Part shown: positions 29,338-38,908 of the stretch, piece after piece | Position numbering within the stretch: position 1 is the stretch's first letter | Layout: each line of letters starts with the position of its first letter | Assembly (NCBI GenBank): GCA_963777605.1 | Contig: CAVZRV010000015.1 | Location: forward strand, 96,001-160,000 | Length of the DNA: 64,000 nt | Direction of reading: 5' to 3' | Source of the DNA: an uncultured Acidobacteriota bacterium | GTDB lineage: Bacteria; Acidobacteriota; UBA6911; RPQK01; JAPXNP01 | Notes under the pieces: model-generated | What the model was told of the DNA's origin: nothing | Database searches by the model: none | Seen by the model: the letters and a program-made list of their open reading frames with translations, nothing else | Made by a program: the position numbers and the translations under genes

Positions 29338-31011
29338 TCAATCGGCCGGCGTGTGAATCGTCAGGCCTTCAAGGTGCCGATCACGCACCGCCGCACTAGC
29401 CCACTCCCCGGGAACAAGGAGACTCGTCCCGTAACCGGCGAACACGCAAGTCAAGAGGCTCACCGGGGCGTAAACGAATCCGGTGGCCGGATGGATCAGA
29501 TAGATCACCAGGGCGGCGGCGAACCCCGACAATGCGCCGACCAGGGCGCCTGCCGCAGTCGTACGAACGGTAAAGATTCCCAGCACGAACAGTCCGGCAA
29601 TTGCTCCACCGAACAGCCCCAGGACATTAATGAACGTCTCCCAGAGGGACTCGATATTGAACAGGGTCAACGAGAGGGCGACGGCGGTGCCGACCAGGCC
29701 GACCAGCACGATCACCGCCTGGCCGATCCTCATCTCCCTTTGGTCAGTGGCTGAGGGCCGGAACAGTCGATGGAAGTCCACCACATAGCACGCGGCGATG
29801 CTGTTCAGTGAACTGGACAGTGTCGATTGTGCCGCCCCAAAGACGCCGGCGACCACGAGCCCGGCCACTCCCGACGGCATCTCGTGAAAGACAAAGAAAG
29901 GTAGGATGGCGTCGTTGGGAACCCCCGGATCGAGTTTCTCCGGGTGGACCGAGTAGAACACCCAGAGAGCGGTCCCGATCAGGAAGAATAGTCCGCTGGC
30001 GAGTGGTGAGAGAATGGCGTTGCCCCAGATGGCCCGGGCGGCGGATCGCTCGTCCCGGGTGGTCACATATCGCTGGACGACATCCTGGCTGGCGGTGTAG
30101 GGGAAGAGATTCGCGGCGATGCCGCCAAAGACGATGACCCAACCCGTGGTCGCAGCGACGTCCCAACTCCAGTCCCAACGAACGTCGCCGAAGAAACGAC
30201 CTGAACTGCTCGCCGTTCGAAAGATCTCGCTCCAGCCCCCATCGAGGCTGGAGACAATCAGGCCCAGGGCAAAAAGTCCGCTGCCAAGCAGGACGACGGC
30301 CTGGCAGACATCGGTCCAGATCACCGCCTGGATTCCGCCCAGAACTGTGTACACGATGCAGAGGATTCCCATCAACACGATACAGACGCGGATGTCGAAG
30401 CGGCTGACGGTAGACAGGGCCAGGGCGGGAAGGAAAAGCACAACGGCGATCCTGCCCGCCTGGAAAAGCATGAACAGGAGGCTGGCGAAAAGCCGGGTGG
30501 CACGACTGAAACGTCTCTCCAGGTACTCATAGGCGCTGGTCACGTCCAACTGCCGGTAGAAGGGAAGATAGATCCAGACAACGATTGGAGTAACCAGGAA
30601 GAAGGCGTTCTGGAGGAAGAATCCCCATCCGTTGGCGTAGGACTGGGCCGGAATCCCCATGAAAGTGATCGAACTCAACATGGTGGCGAAGATGCTCAGC
30701 CCGGCAGCCCACCAGGGAACCCGCTGTCCGCCACGAAAGAAATCGTCGGTTGAGCGGTTCTGAAACGACCAGTAGACCCCGATCCCCACCATCAGGGTCA
30801 GATAGACCCCCAGGGTCGTGAAGTTCACCCAGCCGAATCCCACCCGGGAGCCCGATTCGTACGGGCTCAGCCCCGCAACCTGAGGCGGTGGTGAAACAAC
30901 GCTGGAGAAAGCTGCGTTCGGATAAGTGAAAACCTCTGCCAGGACGGAATGCCCGTTTGACGCCAGGACCGGGGGTGAGGCCACCAGACAAACGATTGCG
31001 AGCGGCAACAT
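29338..31011 (-). CDS. Sodium:solute symporter, probable sialic acid transporter (SiaT-like)
   Basis: Motifs DDFFRGG, SIFATMLSSITFMGIP, SAYEYLERRF, SQDVVQRY and AQSTLSSSLNS; divergent from nanA. Confidence 0.85.
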   Translation of the reverse strand: MLPLAIVCLVASPPVLASNGHSVLAEVFTYPNAAFSSVVSPPPQVAGLSPYESGSRVGFGWVNFTTLGVYLTLMVGIGVYWSFQNRSTDDFFRGGQRVPWWAAGLSIFATMLSSITFMGIPAQSYANGWGFFLQNAFFLVTPIVVWIYLPFYRQLDVTSAYEYLERRFSRATRLFASLLFMLFQAGRIAVVLFLPALALSTVSRFDIRVCIVLMGILCIVYTVLGGIQAVIWTDVCQAVVLLGSGLFALGLIVSSLDGGWSEIFRTASSSGRFFGDVRWDWSWDVAATTGWVIVFGGIAANLFPYTASQDVVQRYVTTRDERSAARAIWGNAILSPLASGLFFLIGTALWVFYSVHPEKLDPGVPNDAILPFFVFHEMPSGVAGLVVAGVFGAAQSTLSSSLNSIAACYVVDFHRLFRPSATDQREMRIGQAVIVLVGLVGTAVALSLTLFNIESLWETFINVLGLFGGAIAGLFVLGIFTVRTTAAGALVGALSGFAAALVIYLIHPATGFVYAPVSLLTCVFAGYGTSLLVPGEWASAAVRDRHLEGLTIHTPAD

Positions 31012-31071
31012 TTTGATCGGCCGGGAGAATCTCTTCACTGGGTAAACCAATGCGGCCCCGAAAGGCCGGAA

Positions 31072-31099
31072 TTGACGTTGGAAAGCGACATGATATAAC
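31072..31099 (+). promoter_or_regulatory. Putative sigma70 promoter of nanA-AGE
   Basis: TTGACG (31072-31077), 16-nt spacer, then TATAAC (31094-31099) preceded by an extended -10 TG. Confidence 0.55.
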
Positions 31100-31116
31100 A
31101 CCTGTTGCACATCGAC

Positions 31117-32046
31117 ATGGAACACTACAGAGGCATCATCCCGGCAGCTTACACTCCCTTCAGTCCGAATGGGGACCTCAACCTTGACCCAATCCCGGCA
31201 ATGGCGGATCTCTTTCGCTCACAGCAGTTGCCGGCCGTGTTCATCTGTGGCTCAACGGGTGAGTCGGTTTCCCTGACCTTCACCGAGCGGAAACTGCTCG
31301 CGGAGTCCTGGAGCAGGGAAAGGAGGGGGCTGGACGTGATCGTTCACGTCGGGTGCAACAGCCAGCTCGAGGCCGTCGCACTGGCCGAACACGCCGGGGT
31401 AGAAGGTGCCGACGCTATCGCATGTTTTGCGCCGAGCTACTACGTCCCGGAAACCATCGAGGACCTCGTGACCTGGCTGGAACCGGTCGCTTCGGCGGCT
31501 TCCGAACTCCCGTTCTATTTCTACGACATCCCCGAAATGACCGGTGTTCGCTTCCCGATGGACGAGTTCATGCAACGGGCAGCCGAACGGATCCCGAGCT
31601 TCGCCGGCCTCAAGTTCACCAGCACCGACCTGATGCGGCTGCAGAACTGCCTCGACTTTGACAACGGCCGCTACAACGTCCTGTTCGGGACCGACGAGGT
31701 GCTTCTCGCGGCCCTGGCCCTGGGAGTGACGGGAGGCGTGGGAAGTACATACAACTACGCGGCCCCACTCTATCTACGGCTGCTCGAAGCCTTTGAGCGC
31801 GGAGACCTCAAGGCGGCCCGTCGCGAGCAGCGCAAGAGCGTTGAACTGGTGAAAGCTATCGTGGACCGTGGCGTTTTGCGTGCCGGGAAGGCCATCATGA
31901 CGTTGCTCGGCATCGACTGCGGTCCTGTTCGCCCGCCGGTTCAGACGGTTGACGCCGAGGAACTGACAGAGATCTACCGGGCAGTCTCGCACCTGGACGT
32001 CTTTCCCCGTCCCCTTCGTCTCCCCGGCGGCGCAGATCAGTTATGA
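31117..32046 (+). CDS. nanA: N-acetylneuraminate lyase (DHDPS/NanA family)
   Basis: Motifs GSTGES, VHVG, FYFYDIP, GLKFT and GVGSTYNY; adjacent to an AGE epimerase and an SSS transporter. Confidence 0.85.
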   Translation: MEHYRGIIPAAYTPFSPNGDLNLDPIPAMADLFRSQQLPAVFICGSTGESVSLTFTERKLLAESWSRERRGLDVIVHVGCNSQLEAVALAEHAGVEGADAIACFAPSYYVPETIEDLVTWLEPVASAASELPFYFYDIPEMTGVRFPMDEFMQRAAERIPSFAGLKFTSTDLMRLQNCLDFDNGRYNVLFGTDEVLLAALALGVTGGVGSTYNYAAPLYLRLLEAFERGDLKAARREQRKSVELVKAIVDRGVLRAGKAIMTLLGIDCGPVRPPVQTVDAEELTEIYRAVSHLDVFPRPLRLPGGADQL

Positions 32047-33245
32047 ACGGGCAGAAGCGTCTCCAGTTCGCAACCGCCTACCGGGACGAGTTGATTCAGG
32101 ACAATGTCCCGTTCTGGGAGCGCCACTCGATTGACGAAACGTGGGGCGGGTTTCTGCACTGCCTGGATCGCAACGGCGGCCGGGTCGATTCCGACAAGAG
32201 CATCTGGATCCAGGGTCGGGCGGCCTGGATGTTCGCCACCCTCTACACGCGAGTAGACCCGCTTCCCCAGTGGCTTTCCCATGCCCAAAGTGGGGTCCGC
32301 TTCCTCCGCAACCACGGTTTTGACCAGGATGGGCGGATGTTTTTCTGGGTGACGAGAGACGGGAAACCGCTGCGCAAGAGACGCTACTACTTCAGCGAGT
32401 GTTTCGCCGTCATCGCCTTTGCGGCACTGGCCCAGGCTTCGGGAGACCAGGAACTGGCCACCGAGGCCCGGCTCCTGTTTCGAAAGATCCTGGACTATCG
32501 GTCCCGTCCGGAACTCGCCGGCCCTCCGAAGTGGAACCCCGAGAACCGGGCGATGAAAGGAATCGGGGCACCGATGATCACGATCAACGTTGCCCAGGAA
32601 CTGAGGGACACGATCGGGGACGAACTAGCCGATTCAGTGATCGATGAATGCATCAGCGAAATCAAGAGCGATTTCGTCAAGCCGGACCTGGAATGCGTCA
32701 TGGAGTCCGTCGCCCCGGATGGGAGCCTGATCGACCACTTCGACGGCCGTCTCCTCAATCCGGGGCACGCTCTCGAGGCCGCCTGGTTCATCCTGCGGGA
32801 ATCACTTCACCGGGGAGGTGATCCCGAATTGACCCGCCTCGGATGCCGGATCGTGGACTGGATGTGGGCCCGCGGCTGGGACCGCGAGTATGGCGGGCTC
32901 TTCTATTTTCGTGACCTTCTCGATCAGCCCGTCCAGGAGTACTGGCACGAGATGAAATTCTGGTGGCCCCACAACGAGGCCGTGCTCGCCACCCTGATGG
33001 CCCACGAACTGACCGGTGAAACCCGGTACGAGCGCATGCACGACCAACTGTACGAATGGAGCCAGGCCCACTTTCGCGATCCCCAGGAGGGGGAGTGGTT
33101 CGGCTACCTGAGACGGGACGGCAGCCTGGCTTCGACGCTCAAGGGGAACCTCTGGAAGGGTCCGTTCCACGTTCCGCGGATGCTGCTCACGGCCTGGAAG
33201 CTTCTGGAGGCGCCCCCGTTCATTCGCCCATCCCATGAAGGATGA
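32043..33245 (+). CDS. N-acylglucosamine 2-epimerase (AGE family)
   Basis: Motifs VPFW, WIQGR, NPGHALE, KFWWPHNE, EWFGYL and WKGPFHVPR; ATGA overlap with nanA. Confidence 0.9.
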   Translation: MNGQKRLQFATAYRDELIQDNVPFWERHSIDETWGGFLHCLDRNGGRVDSDKSIWIQGRAAWMFATLYTRVDPLPQWLSHAQSGVRFLRNHGFDQDGRMFFWVTRDGKPLRKRRYYFSECFAVIAFAALAQASGDQELATEARLLFRKILDYRSRPELAGPPKWNPENRAMKGIGAPMITINVAQELRDTIGDELADSVIDECISEIKSDFVKPDLECVMESVAPDGSLIDHFDGRLLNPGHALEAAWFILRESLHRGGDPELTRLGCRIVDWMWARGWDREYGGLFYFRDLLDQPVQEYWHEMKFWWPHNEAVLATLMAHELTGETRYERMHDQLYEWSQAHFRDPQEGEWFGYLRRDGSLASTLKGNLWKGPFHVPRMLLTAWKLLEAPPFIRPSHEG

Positions 33246-33256
33246 CATTAGTCATC
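33241..33256. promoter_or_regulatory. Palindromic operator, possibly CRP/FNR-family type
   Basis: GATGAC-ATTA-GTCATC lies about 42 nt upstream of the 4Fe-4S protein start, with a TACTCT -10-like hexamer at 33274-33279. Confidence 0.4.
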
Positions 33257-33290
33257 GTCGTGAGAAATCCCAATACTCTAGATTTGCTTC

Positions 33291-34397
33291 ATGAGCCGTT
33301 CCGATCTGCCCATTCTGGAACCTGAAATCTCGTCCTCGCACTTGGCGGCTTCGATTCCCACGGACTTCCCGGAAAAGAAATCGCGCAAGCCCTTATTGAA
33401 CAGGCGCCGAGACGACCGCTCCCAGAGCATTCGTTCGGGCCTGCAAATCGGCTTTCTACTGTTGAATGTCTGGATCGGGTTCCAGTTTTACCTCTGGGTG
33501 CGCTACTACGAGACGGGCGGACATGGCTGGCACGTTCCCCGTCCTCCCGGAGTTGAGGGCTGGCTGCCGATTGCCTCGCTCATGAACCTCAAGGCATGGG
33601 TGATGACGGGCGCCGTTCCGCCGATTCATGCGGCGGGAATGTTCCTCCTGGTGGCCTTCCTGGTCATCTCGCTGATCTTTCGCAAGGCCTTTTGCGGCTG
33701 GCTTTGCCCCGTCGGAACCGTATCAGAAACCCTCTGGCAGTTTGGCAGAAAGCTCATGGGGAGAAACTTTCGGCTCCCGGCCGTGCTGGATTATCCCTTG
33801 CGAGCGCTGAAGTATCTTCTGCTGGCGCTGTTCCTGTACGCAGTGGGAAGCATGTCCGCGCCTGCCATCCGAAACTTCCTGGATGGCCCTTACGGAGTCG
33901 TCGCAGACGTCAAGATGCTCGGATTCTTCCGGAACCTCTCCCTGTTTGTGCTTGCTGTCGTGGGATTGCTTGTTGTTGCCTCCCTGTTCGTAAGGAACTC
34001 CTGGTGCCGTTACCTCTGCCCTTACGGCGCACTGATGGGCCTGTTCTCGCTGCTGAGTCCTCTCAAGATTCGGCGTGACGAGGATCTGTGTATCGACTGT
34101 GCCCGGTGTGCCCGGGCCTGCCCTTCCGGTCTGCCGGTGGACCGGAAAGATTCCGTTCAGTCCCCAGAGTGCGTCGGCTGCTACCAATGCGTTGCGGCGT
34201 GCCCCGCAGCCGGGGCGTTGGAAATGAAAGCTCCCGGCGGGCGGATCGTCCGCCCGGCCTGGATAGCCGCAGGAATTCTGGCCGTGTTCCTGGGCTCGGT
34301 CCTGGTCGCCCGACTGGGAGGTCACTGGAAGACTCAGTTGCCCGAAAGCACCTACTTCGAACTGGTGCCGAATGCCGACCAGTTCTCCCACCCCTGA
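33291..34397 (+). CDS. Membrane 4Fe-4S binding protein (NapH/YccM-like)
   Basis: Motifs FCGWLCPVG, WCRYLCPYG, CIDCARCARACP and CVGCYQCVAACP; several TM helices. Confidence 0.88.
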   Translation: MSRSDLPILEPEISSSHLAASIPTDFPEKKSRKPLLNRRRDDRSQSIRSGLQIGFLLLNVWIGFQFYLWVRYYETGGHGWHVPRPPGVEGWLPIASLMNLKAWVMTGAVPPIHAAGMFLLVAFLVISLIFRKAFCGWLCPVGTVSETLWQFGRKLMGRNFRLPAVLDYPLRALKYLLLALFLYAVGSMSAPAIRNFLDGPYGVVADVKMLGFFRNLSLFVLAVVGLLVVASLFVRNSWCRYLCPYGALMGLFSLLSPLKIRRDEDLCIDCARCARACPSGLPVDRKDSVQSPECVGCYQCVAACPAAGALEMKAPGGRIVRPAWIAAGILAVFLGSVLVARLGGHWKTQLPESTYFELVPNADQFSHP

Positions 34398-34494
34398 GAT
34401 TGATTCCAAAACCGGAGGCGGCTACGATCGTGGGGAGAAGCGCCTGTCGCCCCACCATCGCGGGGGCGCGGCCGGCAGTGCGGAGCAATGTGGC

Positions 34495-35169
34495 ATGGGA
34501 ACGGTGATTCTTGGGGGGGACGACCTCCGAATGCGGGTTGACGTGGAGTCGGTGGAGAAATCCCTCCGGATCCGCCCCGACCAGCCGGATGCGGCCCGGT
34601 TTCGGGAGATGATCGAGGAAGCCGCCCGAATCGCACGTCCCAAGGTGATCTTCCGCCGCACCGAAGTTGAGAGCATTGACGAACAGGGAATCGTTATCGG
34701 CGGGATCCGGTTAAACGGCCCTCTTCTGCACCGCAACCTCCGGGACACCGGCCAGGTGATCCCCTTCGTGGCAACCTGCGGACGGGAAGTAAATAAGTGG
34801 GCCACCCAGTTCAGCGATCTTCTCGAATCGTACTGGGCCGACGAGATCAAGAACCAGGCCCTGCTTGCGGCCCTCGGCTCCTTTCACGAGGTGCTCGAGT
34901 CACTCGAAGAGATTCACCACGCGACCATGAACCCGGGCTCCCTTCCCTCCTGGCCGATTGAGCAACAGGGGTCGCTCTTTCGAGTGCTGGGCGATGTCGA
35001 AGGAGCGATCGGGGTCAGCCTGACCGAAAGTTTCCTGATGATCCCGAACAAGTCAGTGTCCGGCATCGCCTTCCCATCGCAGGTCGGATGGCAGAGTTGT
35101 CTGCTCTGCGGCCGGCCCAACTGCCCCAACCGAAGAGCCGAGTATTGCCCTGACCGATTTGCGGAATAA
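34495..35169 (+). CDS. Stand-alone B12-dependent methionine synthase activation domain-like protein
   Basis: Motifs PFVATCG, MNPGSL..WPIEQQ and IGVSLTESFLMIPNKSVSGI; terminal CLLCGRPNCPNRR. Confidence 0.75.
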   Translation: MGTVILGGDDLRMRVDVESVEKSLRIRPDQPDAARFREMIEEAARIARPKVIFRRTEVESIDEQGIVIGGIRLNGPLLHRNLRDTGQVIPFVATCGREVNKWATQFSDLLESYWADEIKNQALLAALGSFHEVLESLEEIHHATMNPGSLPSWPIEQQGSLFRVLGDVEGAIGVSLTESFLMIPNKSVSGIAFPSQVGWQSCLLCGRPNCPNRRAEYCPDRFAE

Positions 35170-35308
35170 GTCAACAAAATCACTCCATATTCCCTTAAGT
35201 ATATATCCTGAAATCGTTTACGGGTCGGACGATCGCGGCCTCGTCTGGTATGATTGGAAGATCTTACCGTCAATAATATTGCGCCAGATAGGCGAAAGGA
35301 GGTCCAGA

Positions 35309-35866
35309 TTGAGTGGGAGGACGAGTTCAAGATGTGTGATCGGAGCGGTGCTGATGATGTTCGGGTGCACCATGATCCTGGCACAGGGCTCCGGTAAGTA
35401 CTCGTACGAGGGCGTTGCCGTCTGCGGGATGTGTCACAAATCAGCGAAACAGGGTGATCAGCTCAAGGTCTGGCAGGGGAGTGCCCACGCCAAGGCATTC
35501 CAGGCCTTGCAGAGCCCGGAAGCTGCGAAAATTGCCAAAGATAAAGGACTGAGTACAACCGCGGACAAAGCTGAAGCATGCCTGAAGTGTCATGCCAGCG
35601 GCTACAACGTTGATGCTGCTCGTTTGGGCAAGAGATTCAAGGTCGAAGACGGCGTGCAGTGTGAGACGTGCCACGGACCCGGATCGGCCTACAAGTCGAT
35701 GAAGATCATGAAGGACGCCAAGCTGGCCGAAGAGAACGGTCTGATCCTCCACAAAGACGTGGAGAAGTACTGCAAGTCGTGCCACAACGAAGAGAGCCCG
35801 ACTTACAAGCCCTTCAACTTCGCCGAGTCCTGGGCCAAGATCAAGCACCCCGTACCCGGCAAGTAA
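35309..35866 (+). CDS. Periplasmic tetraheme cytochrome c (c554 family)
   Basis: Four CXXCH motifs (CGMCH, CLKCH, CETCH, CKSCH); AAGGAGG RBS before TTG 35309; signal peptide. Confidence 0.88.
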   Translation: MSGRTSSRCVIGAVLMMFGCTMILAQGSGKYSYEGVAVCGMCHKSAKQGDQLKVWQGSAHAKAFQALQSPEAAKIAKDKGLSTTADKAEACLKCHASGYNVDAARLGKRFKVEDGVQCETCHGPGSAYKSMKIMKDAKLAEENGLILHKDVEKYCKSCHNEESPTYKPFNFAESWAKIKHPVPGK

Positions 35867-35895
35867 TCCTGTTGTTACGACAGTCAATTTGAATG

Positions 35896-35937
35896 ATTAA
35901 AACAGCCATGGACCCGCGGGTCCATGGCTGTTTTAAT
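35896..35937. terminator. Perfect 42-bp palindrome, probable bidirectional intrinsic terminator
   Basis: ATTAAAACAGCCATGGACCCG is followed directly by its exact reverse complement, 30 nt after the cytochrome stop. Confidence 0.7.
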
Positions 35938-35981
35938 ATGGGGAGCCGATCCGGCGGGAAGGACGGCGGAGAGGGGGCAGT

Positions 35982-37691
35982 GTGAATCGCAGACGGTTTC
36001 TCAGGAATGCGGCCGGGGGCCTGTCCGTTCTCGGGCTGTCGCGGCCGGGGTTCCCTTCGGCAGGCCTTTACGTGGGAAATGGAGAGCCGAGAGTCTCCTG
36101 CGACGTCGCCATCATCGGTGGCGGCGTGGGAGGGGTAGCGGCCGCCCTCGCCTGTCTTCGATCCGGGCTTCGGGTTGTTTTGAGTGAAGAGACCGACTGG
36201 GTCGGCGGACAGCTCACGCAGCAGGGTGTTCCGCCCGATGAAAACCCTTGGATCGAGCAGTTCGGTTCGACTGCTTCGTACCGGAAATTCCGCCAGGACG
36301 TCCGAGACTACTACCGACGCTGGTACCCGCTCAGCCCGCGCGCGGCCTCCGACCCAGACCTGAATCCCGGCAACTGTGGGGTCTCTCGACTCTGTCACGA
36401 GCCACGCGTCGCCCTGGCGGTTCTCGAGTCTTACCTGGCCGCGGCCAGAAGTTCCGGACAGCTGCAAGTCCTCCTGAACCACCGCCCGGTCCAGGCCGAT
36501 GCCACGGGAGATCGAGTTGATTCGGTTCTGCTCGAAAACCAACTGGAAGGCTCTCGGGTTCTCATCAAAGCACACTACTTTGTTGATGCAACCGAGACCG
36601 GCGACCTGCTGCCCCTGACCGGAACCGAGTATGTCGTCGGGGCGGAGGCCCGTTCGGAAACGGGAGAGCCTCACGCGGCGGCGTCTTACCAGCCGGGGAA
36701 CGTCCAGTCCATCACCTGGTGCTTCGCCCTCAGTTACACTCCCGGAGCCGACTTCACCATCGACAAGCCCCGCGAGTACGACTTCTGGAGGAACTACCGG
36801 CCGGACCTGAAACCGCCCTGGCCCGGTCCGCTGCTCAGCTGGACCTATACCCATCCGATCACCCTGGGACCCTTCACGCGGGGGTTCGACCCTACTCCGG
36901 ACGCTCGCGAACCCGGCTTCTGGGTCTACCGAAGGCTTTGCGACCCGCGCAACTTCACCGATGATCGTCCCGGGATCACCGTGGTCAACTGGCCCCAGAA
37001 CGATTACCTGCTCGGGAGCATCATCGATCAACCACCGGATGAGACCGAACGTCACCTGGGGCAATCGCGACAGCTGAGCTTTTCCCTGGTCTACTGGCTG
37101 CAGACCGAAGCACCGCGCCCCGATGGCGGTGCGGGATGGCCGGGGCTGCGCCTGCGCGGCGACCTCATGGGGACCTCACACGGACTGGCAAAACGCCCCT
37201 ACATCCGCGAATCAAGGAGGATTCGATCCGAGTTCACCGTTCTCGAGCAGCACGTGGGAACACGAGCCCGGATGGAAGCCACCGGTTTGGACGAAGACTC
37301 GGTAACGGCGGAACGGTTTCCCGACAGCGTCGGAATCGGGAGCTACCGGATCGATCTCCACCCTTCGACGGGCGGAGACAACTACATCGACATCAGTTCA
37401 CTCCCGTTTCAGATTCCGCTGGGAGCCCTGCTCCCCCGTAGAGTCAGGAATCTCATCCCGGCCTGCAAGAACATCGGAACAACCCACATCACCAACGGCT
37501 GCTATCGGCTCCACCCGGTTGAGTGGAACATCGGCGAGTCCGCCGGCTTCCTGGCGAGTTACTGCCTCGAGCAACGAAAGGAACCTCAGCAGGTCCGGAG
37601 AACCAACGACCTGCTCAAGGAGTTCCAGGAATTGATTCAAAGACAGGGGGTCGAAATCGCCTGGCCCGATCCGCTCAGAAGTCCCCGGTAA
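35982..37691 (+). CDS. Tat-exported FAD-dependent oxidoreductase
   Basis: MNRRRFLRN signal; IIGGGVGG, WVGGQLT, DATETGDL, PYIRESRR and RLHPVEWNIGE. Confidence 0.85.
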   Translation: MNRRRFLRNAAGGLSVLGLSRPGFPSAGLYVGNGEPRVSCDVAIIGGGVGGVAAALACLRSGLRVVLSEETDWVGGQLTQQGVPPDENPWIEQFGSTASYRKFRQDVRDYYRRWYPLSPRAASDPDLNPGNCGVSRLCHEPRVALAVLESYLAAARSSGQLQVLLNHRPVQADATGDRVDSVLLENQLEGSRVLIKAHYFVDATETGDLLPLTGTEYVVGAEARSETGEPHAAASYQPGNVQSITWCFALSYTPGADFTIDKPREYDFWRNYRPDLKPPWPGPLLSWTYTHPITLGPFTRGFDPTPDAREPGFWVYRRLCDPRNFTDDRPGITVVNWPQNDYLLGSIIDQPPDETERHLGQSRQLSFSLVYWLQTEAPRPDGGAGWPGLRLRGDLMGTSHGLAKRPYIRESRRIRSEFTVLEQHVGTRARMEATGLDEDSVTAERFPDSVGIGSYRIDLHPSTGGDNYIDISSLPFQIPLGALLPRRVRNLIPACKNIGTTHITNGCYRLHPVEWNIGESAGFLASYCLEQRKEPQQVRRTNDLLKEFQELIQRQGVEIAWPDPLRSPR

Positions 37692-37694
37692 GGT

Positions 37695-37766
<72 letters not shown>

Positions 37767-38196
37767 TAAGGATCATATCCGTTCCTGTTACCGCGGATGC
37801 AGGATTCACGGTTTCAAGTTCAACCTTCCACGCGTCTGAGGGTTGGGCCAAGATTCGATTTCTGCGCGCCGTGCCATCTTGTCCGGCAGTTCAAAGCTCC
37901 TCCGCCACGTTTCACCCTTCGAATGATTCCCGCCGCCGAACGACGGGGCGGGGATCATCCGGCGGCGGCGGGCGCACGAGTCCCCCGGGCAAAGCCTCCG
38001 GCGGGGGCCAAACCCCAAACCCCACTTATTAAGAACGAACGTGTCGGCAAAAATGCGAAAAAATACTCGATAAAAGACAAGTTTCCGCAGATTCCCAACC
38101 GGCCACATCTCTCACTGGCCTGAAAGCCACTCGCCGAGTCGGTATGATCAGAGTAAGGTCTTTAAAATTCAAAACGTACAATTCGGGAGCTGAATA

Positions 38197-38799
38197 ATGA
38201 CGAACGTACTGATTCTTTACTACAGCATGTACGGGCACATTGAAACCATGGCGAAGGCAGTCGCCGAAGGGGTACGCAGCGTCGAAGGGGTCGAGGCTAC
38301 AATCAAGCGGGTAGAAGAACTCATGCCGAAGGAAACGGCGCAGAAGGCAGGAGCCAAGCTCGACCAGAGCGCTCCGATCGCCACCGTGGAGGAACTGCCG
38401 GAATACGACGCGATCATCTTCGGCACGCCGACGCGATTCGGCAACATGTGCGCCCAGATGCGCAACTTCCTGGATCAGACCGGGAAACTATGGGTCAGCG
38501 GCAAACTGGTTGGCAAGGTGGGAAGCGTCTTCACCTCGACGGCGACCCAGCACGGAGGCCAGGAAACCACGATCACCTCGTTCCACAGCACCCTCCTCCA
38601 CCAGGGCATGATCGTGGTGGGAGTGCCCTATGCGTGCCAGCGACTGCTCAACATGGAGGAAATCACCGGTGGGTCCCCCTATGGTGCGAGTACCCTTGCA
38701 GGGAGCGACAACAGTCGTCAGCCGTCACAGAATGAACTGGAGATTGCCCGGTACCAGGGCGCCCATGTCGCGGGGATCGCGAAGAAACTCGCCACCTGA
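38197..38799 (+). CDS. wrbA: NAD(P)H:quinone oxidoreductase WrbA
   Basis: Motifs [25 protein letters not shown] and GGSPYGA. Confidence 0.95.
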   Translation: MTNVLILYYSMYGHIETMAKAVAEGVRSVEGVEATIKRVEELMPKETAQKAGAKLDQSAPIATVEELPEYDAIIFGTPTRFGNMCAQMRNFLDQTGKLWVSGKLVGKVGSVFTSTATQHGGQETTITSFHSTLLHQGMIVVGVPYACQRLLNMEEITGGSPYGASTLAGSDNSRQPSQNELEIARYQGAHVAGIAKKLAT

Positions 38800-38908
38800 G
38801 ATTGCGAAGATGGCCTCCAATTGAATTGAGGAAGAGCCGCAGAGTTATCTCGGGTCACGTTCTCTTTAGCCTGGATTTTCGCGCCGGCCCCTCCCCACTG
38901 ACTCTCCG

